A stretch of DNA of 64,000 bases from Epiperipatus broadwayi (lineage: Eukaryota; Animalia; Onychophora), in NCBI GenBank assembly GCA_028023455.1, contig JAQFVV010000010.1, positions 7,006,001-7,070,000 of the forward strand. Direction: 5' to 3'. Positions 26,895 through 40,349 of the stretch are shown piece by piece. The translations under genes were made by a program, and so were the position numbers. The first letter of the stretch is position 1. Each line of letters opens with the position of its first letter. The notes beneath the pieces are model-generated. The model saw only the letters and a program-made list of their open reading frames with translations. It ran no database searches and had not been told where the DNA came from.

Positions 26895-27840
26895 ACAACA
26901 CTATCATCACAAACTTCAGGAAAACACAATGCTTCTATAGAGAGAAAGAATTATATTATTTCATGCTTTAAAATATCATTATAACACTTTCTACATCATA
27001 TATATGCATTTAAGTTTCTCATGACTTGTTTTGTCACTATTTATTATGTTTAAGTTGTTCAAATGTGGAAAGAGGGCTCAGTATGCTTCATGTTATTTCT
27101 TTTAGGACAAATTATCAGCTTGTTCATATTGTCTATCTTCTAAATTTAATAAAGTTAAATGATTTATCTTGCAGTGATAAATTATTTCAGTCATCTTTTG
27201 AAAAGTTCTGCAAATTATTTTAAATACATAAAATTTCACTACACATGAGAAATTTCTTTATATCTTAATTTCTTTTTTTATCTAATGATTTCCTACCCTA
27301 ATTAGATGAATTCTAACTAAAAAAAAAAATACATACACACACTGCAGTTGATTTTAACAAGCCGAAATTATATCTATATGTACAATTATTTATTTACATA
27401 AAATGCAAAATAAATGCTTACAATTTAAAATAATATAAACATATGTTATAGTTACAATAATTTTTTGAGTAGGTCACTTCAGGGCAAGAGGAACAGTGAA
27501 AGAAATGACATTATTCATCAAGCTTAACAATTGCAAAATAGAAAGAATTTGAATTATTTTTCCATCCTAATTTTATTTTCTAATTAAGAATAGCTAGACG
27601 CCCATTTGTCAACCAATACTGAATGATTGGCAAAGTTGGCCATAGGATAATTATCTAAAATTGAAATCTTATGTCTGTTTTAAAACCTTATTTTTATTTT
27701 TTCCAAGTTGGACCAGATTCAAATTCATATCATACCAACAGCAGGCAAATACACTATAACTACATCACTAGGTTCCTTATATATATGCAATTATCCCTAA
27801 TATATTTGTTTAATCATTTAAGATTAGATGAAAGGTAAAT

Positions 27841-27920
27841 AATCTTTATTAGCCCATTGTAGAGCAAGGACCTCTCCAACATTCCTCCAGTTAAAAAATT
27901 GCCAATTGTTAAGATTTTAA
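27841..27920 (-). mobile_element. 3' tip of an RTE LINE
   Basis: Minus strand encodes NWRNVGEVLALQWA, matching the RTE C-terminal 'WR..GEA...QW' motif. Confidence 0.5.
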
Positions 27921-28247
27921 TGATTTTCCTATCTTGTTTTAACTTCAGTTATGAAAATAAATTCTGTACTCATTTTAAATTAATTGGTTCTAATTAAACA
28001 TTTTAAATTATACCTAATGCCTACGTGATTTGGTGGAGTAGTAGACTAGCAAATTCTGGAATTCAAATTTCATGAATTATAGCCAAACTTGTTACTTTTA
28101 GTGTTTGAAGTTTTATGAATATCCAAAGCAATAGACCATTCAATTACTATTAATTATTTCTAGTAATAAATTTCATATATACAACCATTATGGAAATATT
28201 AAAATTAAACATATGTAGTACAAGACTTCATTAAATGTAGAACTTAC

Positions 28248-28395
28248 TTGCTTTCAAATGTAGGATCTCTGTCATACACAAGTATATTATTATTAGGAAG
28301 AAGTTTATCATTTGGATGTTTGCTGTGTTTTTCAGTTTTGCTTTCATTCATATGAATCTTCTTTTTTTTCTTAGGTCTTCCTCCTTTATGAGATT
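28248..28395 (-). CDS. Coding exon D: (E)SHKGGRPKKKKK...LLPNNNILVYDRDPTFES
   Basis: Acceptor tcttttag, donor gtaagt; 148 nt, phase 1 to phase 2; inside track ORF 28244..28465. Confidence 0.88.
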
Positions 28396-31300
28396 CTAAA
28401 AGATAAAAATAATTACAATCAATATATATATGTGGGTGTTTATAATATGTCATATACTCATACATAAACTTTCTCTAAAAACCCTATGATTTTTTCTATG
28501 ATTAGCAAACAGTACAAAACTTATATTACAAATAAAATCATTCCAATATCAGTCAACAGAAAGTAAATGCCAAATGCAATTTTGCAAACTGGATTATTAA
28601 AATTTGTAAAATATTAATAATTTTAAGATCAGCAAAATATTCAAAAGTTGAAGTTTTTGTCTAAAACTTTTAGACAATTTGATGATTTAAATTATTAATT
28701 TGACATGTAACTTAAAGTAAAATATTGATCTAAATAAGTCATATTATAAGTGGGTATATATATGTGTGTGTGTGTGTAATTAAGAGAGAAAAAAAACAAT
28801 GTCAGACTGAATAAATAGCATTCTTATGTTAAATAAAGGGTCAAGAATAGAATTAATCCATAAATGAATCCATCTATTCTTGGAGCTTTTGAAGTTCATA
28901 AATTTACTTCTAACAATAGTGATGAAAATTTGGAGTGTATATTTACCATATAAAGTGCTAGTTATCCAAAACCTGAGGAAAAGTGATTTACTTCTCTTAA
29001 TTACATGTACATTAGGCTATTCCAATTCTAGGTTTATATATATATACACACACATCTACATACATACAATGAGAGCTAATACAATGAACTAATTCCAGAA
29101 GATCATTCATTATAGTTTATATTGCAATATATAAATTTAGGCATTATCTATTCAATCTCAATGCTTAGACCAAAGAAATCTTTCAAAACAACCATTTAAG
29201 CATAAAAAATAATAAGAAATCAAAAATATAAATACAAAAATATATATAAAATTCACTGCTATCCGTACTATAGTTATATTTTAATGAAAATTAAAATTCA
29301 GTTTTTAAAAGCATAAAATAAAAATGTAAACAAGCATACATACTCTAATAATAAAAATTCACATTGAACTTCTGTTTTCTTGTATAAAAATTATTGTTAA
29401 AAATTTGTCGAGCTAATCAGTAGCCATATGTGCTGCAGCCTCAGCATGCCTTATAATGCAATGCAATCCAGATTTTTTTCCCCTGAATCTAGTGAACCAT
29501 GCTTTGCAAATCATAAACTCTTTCATAGGACTACAATTTATAATTAGAAGTCTTAGAAGAAGAAAAAACCTCAAACAAATTTCACAAATGAGTGTATCAT
29601 TGATACTATGCTTCTGCCATTTGCTTTTGATTAATCAATATTAGCAAAGAAGTTTCCATTTGGTTCACAAAATTACAACATAAATTGCTCCTATTTTAGA
29701 ATTTTTTTTTCTTCACTTCATAGCTGATCTTTTTTATTCTATTTTTCTGGCTCATCATTAAAATTAATATCTGAACATGTAAAAAATGCATTTTTTTAAA
29801 AAAAAATAGTGATGAATGAAATGCAACAATAAAAACTAAATAATAGTATCACTGCAAAATATGGCAAAGATGTCTGATGCTTTACTCAAACCTGAAACAT
29901 TTTGAAAAATCTTGCACTTATGATTGCTATATCTAATAGTAATGTTTATTATAACATTGATTATTTCAGCCAATAAGCAATTCTATGTTTAGCACTTACA
30001 TTTCTATTATTTTCTTTTATCTGTAAGTTCTCTTTAATTTTTTTTTGACATCAATATCAATTTCAGTTTTCAAATTCTGCATTTATGATTCAAGACTAAA
30101 ATTATTACAATATATGAAACTAGGAGAATTTTTTTTTTTTTAAAAAATTATATATTTTTTTATAGCTAGAGAATTAGCAATTTCATTTTATTACTTAGAT
30201 TTATAGGCCATTTTCTACAGTAAATAAGTTCACTTTGAAATATTTTTATAACATCAACATAAATTCAGTATTTGGAGCTTATGCTTAAACTATTACAGTA
30301 TATACACCTAAGACAATCCTTTTAAAATATACATTTACAACCTTTTCATTATTAGATGGGAGAGAAAAATGAACTAAATGTATAACTAAACCTTATATAA
30401 ATAAGATATGTACCATTTTATTGTTTATTATACAAATCTTAATTTTGTAAGAAAAAATATTTTCGGTCTTGAACTTTCATCATATCAGATGTTGCTCCAT
30501 AGGTATGAAATAAATTCAAATTAAAGACTTTACTTTTCAAAGTCTTCAAAATTCTAAATATTGCCATTATTGTCTTTATTTGTAAGTAATTTTCTAGTGT
30601 TTAAGAATGTTAAGATAATTAAGATATTTAGTGATCAGATAACTTTAAAATAGGAAGCTGATAATTTGAATTGGTTGTAATTTATTTAGATATAAATCAA
30701 CCAATGATGTAAAAAAACTGGAAGATTGTTGAGAATCATGATCAACTGAGTAAGTGGTTTAGTCGAAATATATATGACTTGGTTGAAACCTGCGATTTGC
30801 ATTAATTGTTTATGTATTAGAATAAGTGTCTAACAGCCTTATTTAAAATATATATAAAAAATTAAATAATAATCAAATTACCTATCATCAACAACTAATT
30901 ATTAATAATATAAAACATTATTGTGCTCTTTAGTTAGTCAGAAATTGAATTAAGATTTTTTAAATGTTATATAATTACAATTTCTAATTAAAAAACAATT
31001 ACTTAATCTTAGTTTCACTTCTAGCTAAATAGATGGAGTATTAGTGCTTTAAATCAGTTACTACATATAAAATGTTGAGTTTTTCAATACTCTATATAAG
31101 CTTTTAACTTTAAATTCATTATTACAAAATCTCATCCTGTAAATAATTGTAAAGATGTATTAAAGATTTAGATCCATTATAAAAGAAAAGTCTAGAAAAT
31201 GATCCATGGGTATAGATTGTATTGTCATTCTGATCATGTCATCAAGTCAATTTTAATTCTGTGTGTAATCATTGTATTAAATCTTGTGGTTTCTCAGTAA

Positions 31301-31559
31301 CACATTTATTACAATGCTCCTTTTTTATACTAATTTTTTTTTTAATAGTAAGCCTCTTTTCCCTTCTCTCAAAGAACAATGTTGACACATAATTTAACCA
31401 AATAAAATAAGTAAAAGCACAATAGAGAATTTTGATCTGATCAAAACTAGCATTTTTTTTTACTTAATGTCCAAAGTATCAACACTTTTCCTACTCACCT
31501 TCTTTGTTATCTAGAACTGATGTCCATAATATAAAAGTGACAATTTTAAATTCAGAACA

Positions 31560-31778
31560 ATTCCAATTTTTTCTTCCCCCCCATCTTTTTTTTTCCCTTT
31601 TTTAATTTTTTTTTATTTTTTTTATTTAAATTTTTTATTATTAATTTTTTATAATTTTTTATAAAAAAAAAAAAACAACCACTCATTCCCCCCCCTCCCC
31701 AAATAAAAAAAAAAAAAAAAAAGAAAAAGAGAAGAAAGAAAAAAAAAAAAAAAAAAAAACAAAAAAAAAAACACCCCC

Positions 31779-31822
<44 letters not shown>

Positions 31823-31930
31823 TAAGGAAAAAAAAAAAAAAAAAAATAAAATTATTTTTAAAAAGAAAATATGTGAAAAATAAAAAAAAAAAAGAGAAAA
31901 AATTGAATTTTTTTTTTAAAAGATTTTAAC
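31560..31930. repeat. Low-complexity T-tract/A-tract/C-tract block
   Basis: Runs of T, then runs of A up to ~50 nt interspersed with C-runs. Confidence 0.9.
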
Positions 31931-34900
31931 CAAAATCCCCCACCCTCCCCAAAGCATTAAATGGTTTACTCTTTAGGAGTTTATAAAAAGTTTGAGCATT
32001 AAAAAAGACAAAGATCGAAATACTAATGATAGCAATTGAAGTATGACTATGATGAAGTCAGTAAATGATTACTTATAATAAATATTTTCCAGTGTAAATT
32101 ATATGTTGTCTGTGTTTTTATATACATATATAGTGGGGGGAGGGAGAAGAAAAGAGAATCAACTTAGACAAAAAACTAAAAAGCAACATAACATTGCTTT
32201 ATTCTTCATCAAGTTACGTATAAAATAAGACTACATTCAAATATTTTATTATAAAATATTTTTTTTTATTATAAACTATTAGATCTACACATGTAATGAA
32301 ATCATTCCAATTTAGAATTACAGCTCTAGTTTAAAAATTTTAACAAATTACATTAAACAGTTACAACCTTGAAGTGTTATTCAATTTCTATTTTCAAACA
32401 TTTCTTGATTATGATTTATAATAGAAATATATTTTATATCATGACCTCATTGTACACACACACATATAGTATAGAAATAATTGTGATAAATAGTAATTTA
32501 ATTCAAGTGTTGGTTAATAAATTTTTGTAACAAAGTGTGTAGCACTACTGAACAAAAAAAATTATACATGCCATCTTTGTCTAATCAATTTCATTTATAA
32601 ACAAAATTCCTATTTAGACATTGGACAATCATAATTTTCCAGTGAATGGAATTTAAGTTCTTGTAAGTTTAGTACAATTGCTATATTTAATACCAAACTA
32701 GATCTTGGAAGTCACACTATTATCTATGGGCAAAATAACATTTGGCAAAGTATCTTCATAATTTTTCCAATGTATTTTTTACATTACACACACACACATA
32801 TATATACATATATTAATATCTTAAGTTGTCTGCATAATATCAGGATAAATAAGTAAATAACAAAACTATAACCAAGTGATAATACTTGATTATCATTACT
32901 GATATTTGCCGTTGCTTCCCACCTCTTAATATAATTTATTCTAGCATCCCGAAATTGAGAACTATGTCATAAAAAATATCATAAAATCAATATTTATATA
33001 AAATCAAATGATTTTAAATTGTCAAATCTATGAGATCTACTTTAACATTTTCTATGAATTTCATAATAATGTTTTTAAAAAATAAAAATCCGGATCAGCA
33101 CTTACTAATTTTATTTCATAAACTACAGTTTGTAAAACATTCATTTAAAAAACAAACTATTGAATATTATTATGTATTTAACAATAATAAAAAACTAACA
33201 TTGAATACAGATTTATGTTAAAAAATTGAAAAAAAAAAAAAATTACCTTTTTTCACACTTTTATGCACTTTGACAACAACTTTACCACTTTTGTTTCTTT
33301 TCAAAGTGAGTTTGTTTATCAAAAGCTTCTTTTTGCTTACGTCATCTGAAACTTTAAAACATCACAAAAATGAGATTTTATATAACGCCATTATTGATGC
33401 TACTTAGAATACATTATTTCAAAACTAAGACATTAATATTTTTTATGTTCAATAAATTTCTGATAAAAGATTGATAAAATATTAAATATTTATACATTAG
33501 ATCTAATAATGATGCTATTTGCAGCTACTATAAATATATATGGTAAACTATAAATTTATAATTTTTCAAAGGAACAATAAACAAAACTACTTGAAAAGAA
33601 AGATTAAATTGAAAAATTAAAACAAAACTGTTGACTGAAAAAAATATATATATAATGCTAAAACAAACAATACAACTTTTCTTAGTTACAAAAAAAGAGA
33701 GGACCATTATATAAAATATAAAGCTAATTTGTAAGTTATTTATTGTAGGTACCAATTTTGACAAATATATAGATTTATTTTAAGTATCAGACTTTTTTTT
33801 AAAAAATTACATAAAGATAATTACTATTAAATGAAATAAATAACACGTAGAATACAAATAGATATGATAGCATACAAATTGTAAATATGCAAACAATCAT
33901 CGATGACAATTAGAAATATACATAACATCTAGAATATAAGCCCAGAACATTTAGTGCTGATGTTTCTTAGTAACAACATATTGATTGACAAGTGATATTT
34001 GAAAAAACTCTTCTCAAAGAACGATCAAAATTAATCATTTTACTTTACATAAATCTTTATTACATCATGTATTGTCTGAAAAAAACCCTTACAACATCTT
34101 AATTTTCTTTACAAAATAAAAATATGTCCTACATACTGTTTCATAATTGAACCTATAGGCCCATAAACTTTTATTCAAGCCAAAAATGATTTGAATTATA
34201 TTATAAATAGAATATTTATTAATATATAAATAACAATAATAATAAATGAACAAATAAATAAATTTTTATTCTAATATGCTTAAAAACAGAAACTTTATGG
34301 GTTAAATTTTAGCTGGACAAAAAATTATTCATAAAGGCAAAATAAAAGATAAGACGTTAAACACTCTTCTAATTTTCTCATAAATATAAAAGTAATTATA
34401 ATAATTAAATTACTTATATATTTATTTGTAAACGTTATTAGAATATTATTTCAAAATGAATCTTTGATTACTAACAATGTTAACTGATGATCATATTAAA
34501 AAATTGAGAGAGAATATTGTGCAGAAAAAGTATTTCTAATAAAATATTTCATTACATATCTCAATTAAATAATTTATTTATTCATCTATTAGTGATTAAA
34601 GTTCTTATCTATTTATTTGATAATGAATAAATGAATAAGCCATATCTTTTTTTTCAATCAAATAACAAGAAAAAAAAATCTAAATACTCATTGGTTTAAC
34701 AGTAAAATCTCTTAAAATATTCAATTTTATGATTTACCCCCCCCCCCCATGGGTTAATATTTAGTTTATAATGCTAACCTGGTTTGAGTAATATTATTTT
34801 ATTTTCATAGTATCATAGATTTTTTCCTACTAAATGCATTTAGAGTCAAATCTTTTAAAATTTAATCAATTAAAAGGATTGAGTGAGTGTTTTAGAAGAA

Positions 34901-35039
34901 ACCAATTATGAAATACCTTGCAGTTGGACATCAACTTGAAAATGAAGCAACACAATAGTGACTTCTATATTGTTACAGTAAAGGAAAACCTAAGATATCT
35001 GGATAACATCATTATTACTTTACTAATAAGTTAGATACT

Positions 35040-35590
35040 TAATACATGCTCAGTCATGGATTAATAACATGATTAGTCCATTGCACAATAGGATATAAAA
35101 AACAGTTATGCTTAACCAAATGGTTTCAGAAAAGCATTGACCATCATCACTGAAAAACATGCATTGGGATTGACCCTAGTTCAAACAGATTGGTATATTA
35201 ACCATCATGCAAAAGCACATTTCCAAACTTTTGCACAGGGTATTCAAGTATGGCAATGAACACCTTCATCAAGAGTTGAATGATTAACCAAACATTGGCC
35301 AGAGAAGCTCAGTTCTGTTCTGTACTTTGTGTGATCTTTGCAATGATTCATTATTCACAAATGACATCAAAACAAGCAAAGCTTTCCATATAGTAGTGCC
35401 ACTCAGTGCAAACCAGAGTAACCAATGGGTGCCAGGTATAGTGCTCTCAGATCCAAGGCTCCTCACTGACAAACACCACAAGCTAGAAACTAGTCAATGG
35501 CACTTGATAGAGATTTTATGCACAAGCGTTCTGGCATCCATTGATTACTCTGGCTTGCACTGAGTGACACTACTGTATGGAGAGTTTTGC
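35040..35590 (+). mobile_element. Probable decayed LINE 3' region (RTE/BovB-like)
   Basis: GC-richer coding-like island with stops; weak matches to HISKLL..F.YG...GQR and a terminal DRDF.H..SG.H zinc-like motif. Confidence 0.3.
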
Positions 35591-37235
35591 CTGTTTTAAT
35601 AATAGTTATAAGCAATCATAAGAAGTAGTGATCATATGATGTTCAGTGGTTTAAATAACATCAAACTTGGAAAATAACGGGAATGTGTTACAAGATGAGT
35701 TACCACATGATAGGAGATGAATGACAGTTTTATCAAGGAATATTATAACTACCTGTTCTAAAAAAAATCCCCTATGACTTACTCAGTTATTATCTACAGA
35801 GAAAAATTACTTCTTTACCTTACATGGCACATCAATATTATGTTGTTGGCTCAATGATACACTGATGAATGTTTACACAGAGGTTATTTTTTTAAAAGAA
35901 TATTATATAACTTCACATCATTAACATTGTAAAAAGACTCCACGAAAAATATAAATACTTTCTAGACCAGATTGATCTCTGGAACTTTTCATTCAACAAG
36001 CATGTAATGAGATCTTAATTAGATATTGTCCGCAATCAATACCTTGGTAGCATAAACAATGTTATAGAATTGTACAAAAGTAATTAATCACACATAATTG
36101 AAATATTTAAAGTTTTTATTGTTATATCATACATATGGCTGCACTGCATGATATGACAAACACATGGGACATCACCGTCCATTCAATATAAAGCTTTTGA
36201 AATTAAACATCTGTTCTACATATCTAGTTAATTTTTGCCTTATTTATATTTTTACATTCAAGAATCAAGATTTTCACAAGCTTATAGATTTAAATATTGA
36301 AAGTTTTAATGAGATTTTCCACTTTATTTTTTTAGTCAGAATTTAATTACAATGTAACAAAGAAACCAACCAATTAAAAACTGACAATTCAAATAAATCA
36401 CAATATCTAGTAATAGACTTTATTTATTTGAATCCTTATAAATAAATACTTTTACTAGAGGAAGTAACTTCAGTTTGAATGCCAGTTTTTATTACATCAT
36501 AGTTAAACTTTGTTTAAAAAAAAAAAATGAGGAAAATCTCATTAGAGCATTCAATATTTACATATAATAAATATCCATTGCTTAACTATATGTAATTGGA
36601 ATAAAGTAACTAGCTCTCCCACTGAATTTTGTAAATGTTAATCAACTACGAAAATTGAGAATGATCATTCTTATCTTTTTATAGTTGATTGATATTTATA
36701 TAGCTCAGTGGGAGATCCAGTTATTTCTGTTCTAATATTTACATGTATACATCATTAAAGGAACACCACATAATCAAAACATCAGATATGGATAACAAAT
36801 AATTTACTTCAAAAATTTCTAGTAATAAAATAACAGAAAAAACAATATCATTGACAGCAGTCATAATTTTATTTATTAGTCAAGATTCAATGGGTATTCA
36901 GACTTTACATTGCCAACTATTCTAATTTTTAAGATGCTAGAATATAAACTTTCTTATATGCACACACTCAAAGATAAGTAAGTCTGCAAATGTTTGACCA
37001 CATCTATTTGAAATCTTGCTTGTCGTAATTTGTTGTATTTATAGGTATAAGTAAATATTTTATATTTTACTATTCAATATAAATTGTTCGAAACACACAA
37101 AATAAATTCTAAAGCACCAGATAAATCATGATCATGTTGATATTGTTTTTATGTTCATACCATAAAAATTCTTAAATTTGAGAATTAAAATTAATTCACT
37201 AAAATCACACTTTTCTTTATTTTGCTGTAATATCC

Positions 37236-37469
37236 TATAAATATACAATTTATCCAAACCGCTTCAAGCACTTTTTAGCAAAACTCTTTATTTGTACATA
37301 TACATACACCTATGTTTCGACTGACCTGCAGTCTTCTTCAGAGCTATGATATAATGAACATAGCTCTGAAGAAGACAGCAGGTCAGTCGAAATGTAGGTG
37401 TATGTATATGTACAAATAAAGAGTTTTGCTAAAAAGTGCTTGAAGTGGTTTGGATAAATTGAATTTATA
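37236..37469. mobile_element. Foldback of two Penelope-like 3' ends (pLTR fragments) head-to-head, each with a minimal hammerhead
   Basis: Arms ~110 bp with a 10-nt loop (37349-37358). Each arm reads outward CTGAAGA-A-GAC(T/A)G-CAGGT-CAGTC-GAAA-(CA/TG)TA, then AATAAA and an aattt end. Confidence 0.8.
37361..37399 (+). ncRNA. Minimal hammerhead ribozyme remnant (Penelope-type)
   Basis: CUGAAGA 37366-72, stem II GACAG/CAGUC, GAAA 37389-92, then UGUA; the partner copy has CAUA, implying an ancestral palindromic GAAACGUA. Confidence 0.6.
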
Positions 37470-39194
37470 AAATTAATTCATATACAATGAAACTTTTATC
37501 CATAATTTATCAGGAAATCAGTGAAGATAAATAATAGATAGAGAAAATGACAAAAATGTTTCTACTGTTTTCCCAATTTCCAATCAAAGAAATCAGACAA
37601 CAGATGCAGGAAATGATACATGTGTGAGCAATGGCTAGAAAGTTCACAATACATGTGCATGTGATTAATTCTTAAATAAATGTGATAAAATTATCTATTT
37701 AGTTTACATATACATTTATAATGTAAAATTATTGCTTAAATTTTTAATGAACAAATAAGAAATCTGATATGGACTTCAATCTAATTCATTAAACCTGCTT
37801 CAAGATAGGAAACCAAATTTTTGTTATATAAACCACAATTTATAATTATGAGACAGAATACTAAATGTCCTGTGATTAGTTGATAGCCTTTCATAGCAAA
37901 GCAATAAAATGTGAAGCCTTAGAACCTTTTAATAATATCATTAAAAAAAAATTATAATTATAATTACAATTGTCAATAGTAATTTTTAAAGATTTATCAA
38001 AACTTCAATCAATGAGCATGAAATAAAACTGAAAATCATCAGCATTTGATATTTTGTCTTTAATAAATTATCTCATAACATATAAATTAACTATTTATTC
38101 ATTTTGACTTTAACCTACAATATGTCTGCAAAATATGATTCTCTATGATTTTGAAAATAATGGTTTAAATTTTACTTTTCTTGTGCTCAAAAATTAACAG
38201 ATTTACATGACTGAAGAATATAATAAGTACTTTTTAAGAAAATACTAATAATTTGTCTATATCCAAAAATATATATTTCATTATCCTTTTTATTATTATA
38301 TATTCTTTAAATTAGAGAATATGAAATACATTAGTGATAATGAGGACAATGATAAATGAAATTGAGAAACGGTCTATTAAATAAATAATTCATCTCTAAA
38401 GCTTTAAAAAAACTGAACAGGATAAATTTCTAGTGTCTATTCCATACAATTATTGTTGCAATTATTATTTCTTTCTGATCTTTCGCATACTATAAAAATG
38501 TGGATCAGTAGTTCATCAACATGTAAAGAGAAAACATGATGAGTTTTAATGTTTGTGATCAGGAAAATATCCTCAGAATTTATAAATTTTCATGCTTTCA
38601 AAAAACAAAATTAAATCATGAATCTCATAATCAAATTTTTAAAAATGCTAAGAATTACTGGATTATGAATTTAGATTGCCATTTAATTTTTTTTTTTTTT
38701 TTGGTCACCAATAAATGTAAATCACTTTCAAATAAAAAAAAAAATTATAAGAACTGAAAATATAATAAATAGAAAATTGTTAAGTTTTGTAGTTTTAGAA
38801 TAAAAAGTGAAGAGATAATTGATTTGAAAAATGAACATGTTGTTCAATACAAAGAAACAAATAACAATTACAAATGGAGTAGGATTTATTATTTACAAAA
38901 AAAATGAAATATTAATACTATATCAGACAGAAAAGCAACCTTAGTTATTTTATTTACCGAAAAATATTAAGTGCAAGTAATTCAGGTTTACATTCTAACA
39001 AGTAGCAGATTAATTATATAATATAAAATGCTTCCAAACGGACAGATATTTTAAATTTGTCATGGGAAATTTTAATACTAGAAATGGAATATGATTTAGA
39101 GATCAAAGTGAATAAATTCAGATATGGGATCAGAAATAGCAGATTCAGAGATTTTTATATTTTGACTATAAATACACGTATGAATATGTGAAGA

Positions 39195-39329
39195 TAACTT
39201 TTTAATAGCCTGAAGTACGTACATACTATATGTACATTACGTGTCAATAAATGTTAATGTACATACAGCTCGCTGGAGGTTTTCAGTGCTTCCATATTAT
39301 TTCATTTACTTCAGGCTACTAAAAGGTTA
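39195..39329. mobile_element. Small MITE-like element (Tc1/mariner-type) with ~21-bp TIRs and TA flanks
   Basis: TA-actttttaatagcctgaagta ... tacttcaggctactaaaaggt-TA; part of the interior recurs near 39500-39570. Confidence 0.55.
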
Positions 39330-40116
39330 CATTTACATCAATTAATTAAAGATCGATTTAATATTTAGAAGTTGTTAAATATGAGGCTCAGCCTTTCCCT
39401 CAGATTAGTTATAACTTAAAATCACGCTTTGTGTATAAGTATGTCAGTAAATGGTATGCTTATATACGATCAAAGCTAAAGTGTAGATGGCTCATTCTAC
39501 ATTTACTGACAGTTAGTGTATATACAGCTCACTGAAGGTTTTCAGTATTTCCGCATTATTTCATATATATATATATAATAATATAAGCTTAAAAGATTCA
39601 ACACAAGAAATTAATATCAATTAGAAGAGAAATCTAGGTAAGTGTTATTGCAAAGCTATAGAAGCAAAATCTATTTCTAAAAACACTTATCGATAACTGA
39701 CAACACTAACTTTCAAAAATATTCTAATGAAATAAAATTAAAATTTTCATCTCATTTCAAAATACTAACAATACTTTATAAATAGTTCATAGCTGAATGA
39801 GATGAATAAAAAAAGATATTTATAAAAATAGCTATAAAGAGCCCTAATGTAACAGAAATTTTTTCACTAAGACAAAGCAAGGCAAACAGTAAAAAAAAAT
39901 ATGAAATATTTAAAATGTACTCATTCTAAAAACAAATAAGATGTTGAATTCTATAAAATAATTACTGATATTATAAGTAGAAAAGCATTGAAAGTTATTT
40001 TAGTAAAGATAAAAATATAGCTTAAAACAGAATGGTGTCATGAAATGTGTGGAAAAATTCTTCTAAAAAATGTCACAACAAGAACAATAATAATAATACT
40101 AATTGCTCTAATGACA

Positions 40117-40147
<31 letters not shown>

Positions 40148-40157
40148 GTAATCATAC

Positions 40158-40349
40158 CACTAGAATTTCCTGTCCTCCTCGGGAGAATCTTCTTTACGTT
40201 TTCAACTTTTACTTTGCCAGAAGGACGACCTCGCTTGCGAGGAGAAGTGACTTTCTCTTCTTTAACAACATTTTCTTCCTCTTCAACTTTCTTCTGCTTT
40301 GGCTTGATGTCATCCTGAACTTTGGTTAAATCGGCTGTAAGAAGTGAAG
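40158..40349 (-). CDS. Coding exon C: K/E-rich linker with AT-hook-like SPRKRGRP
   Basis: Acceptor ctgcag (alternative in-frame acceptor gives exon end at 40334), donor gtatga; 192 nt open, phase 1 to phase 1. Confidence 0.85.
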
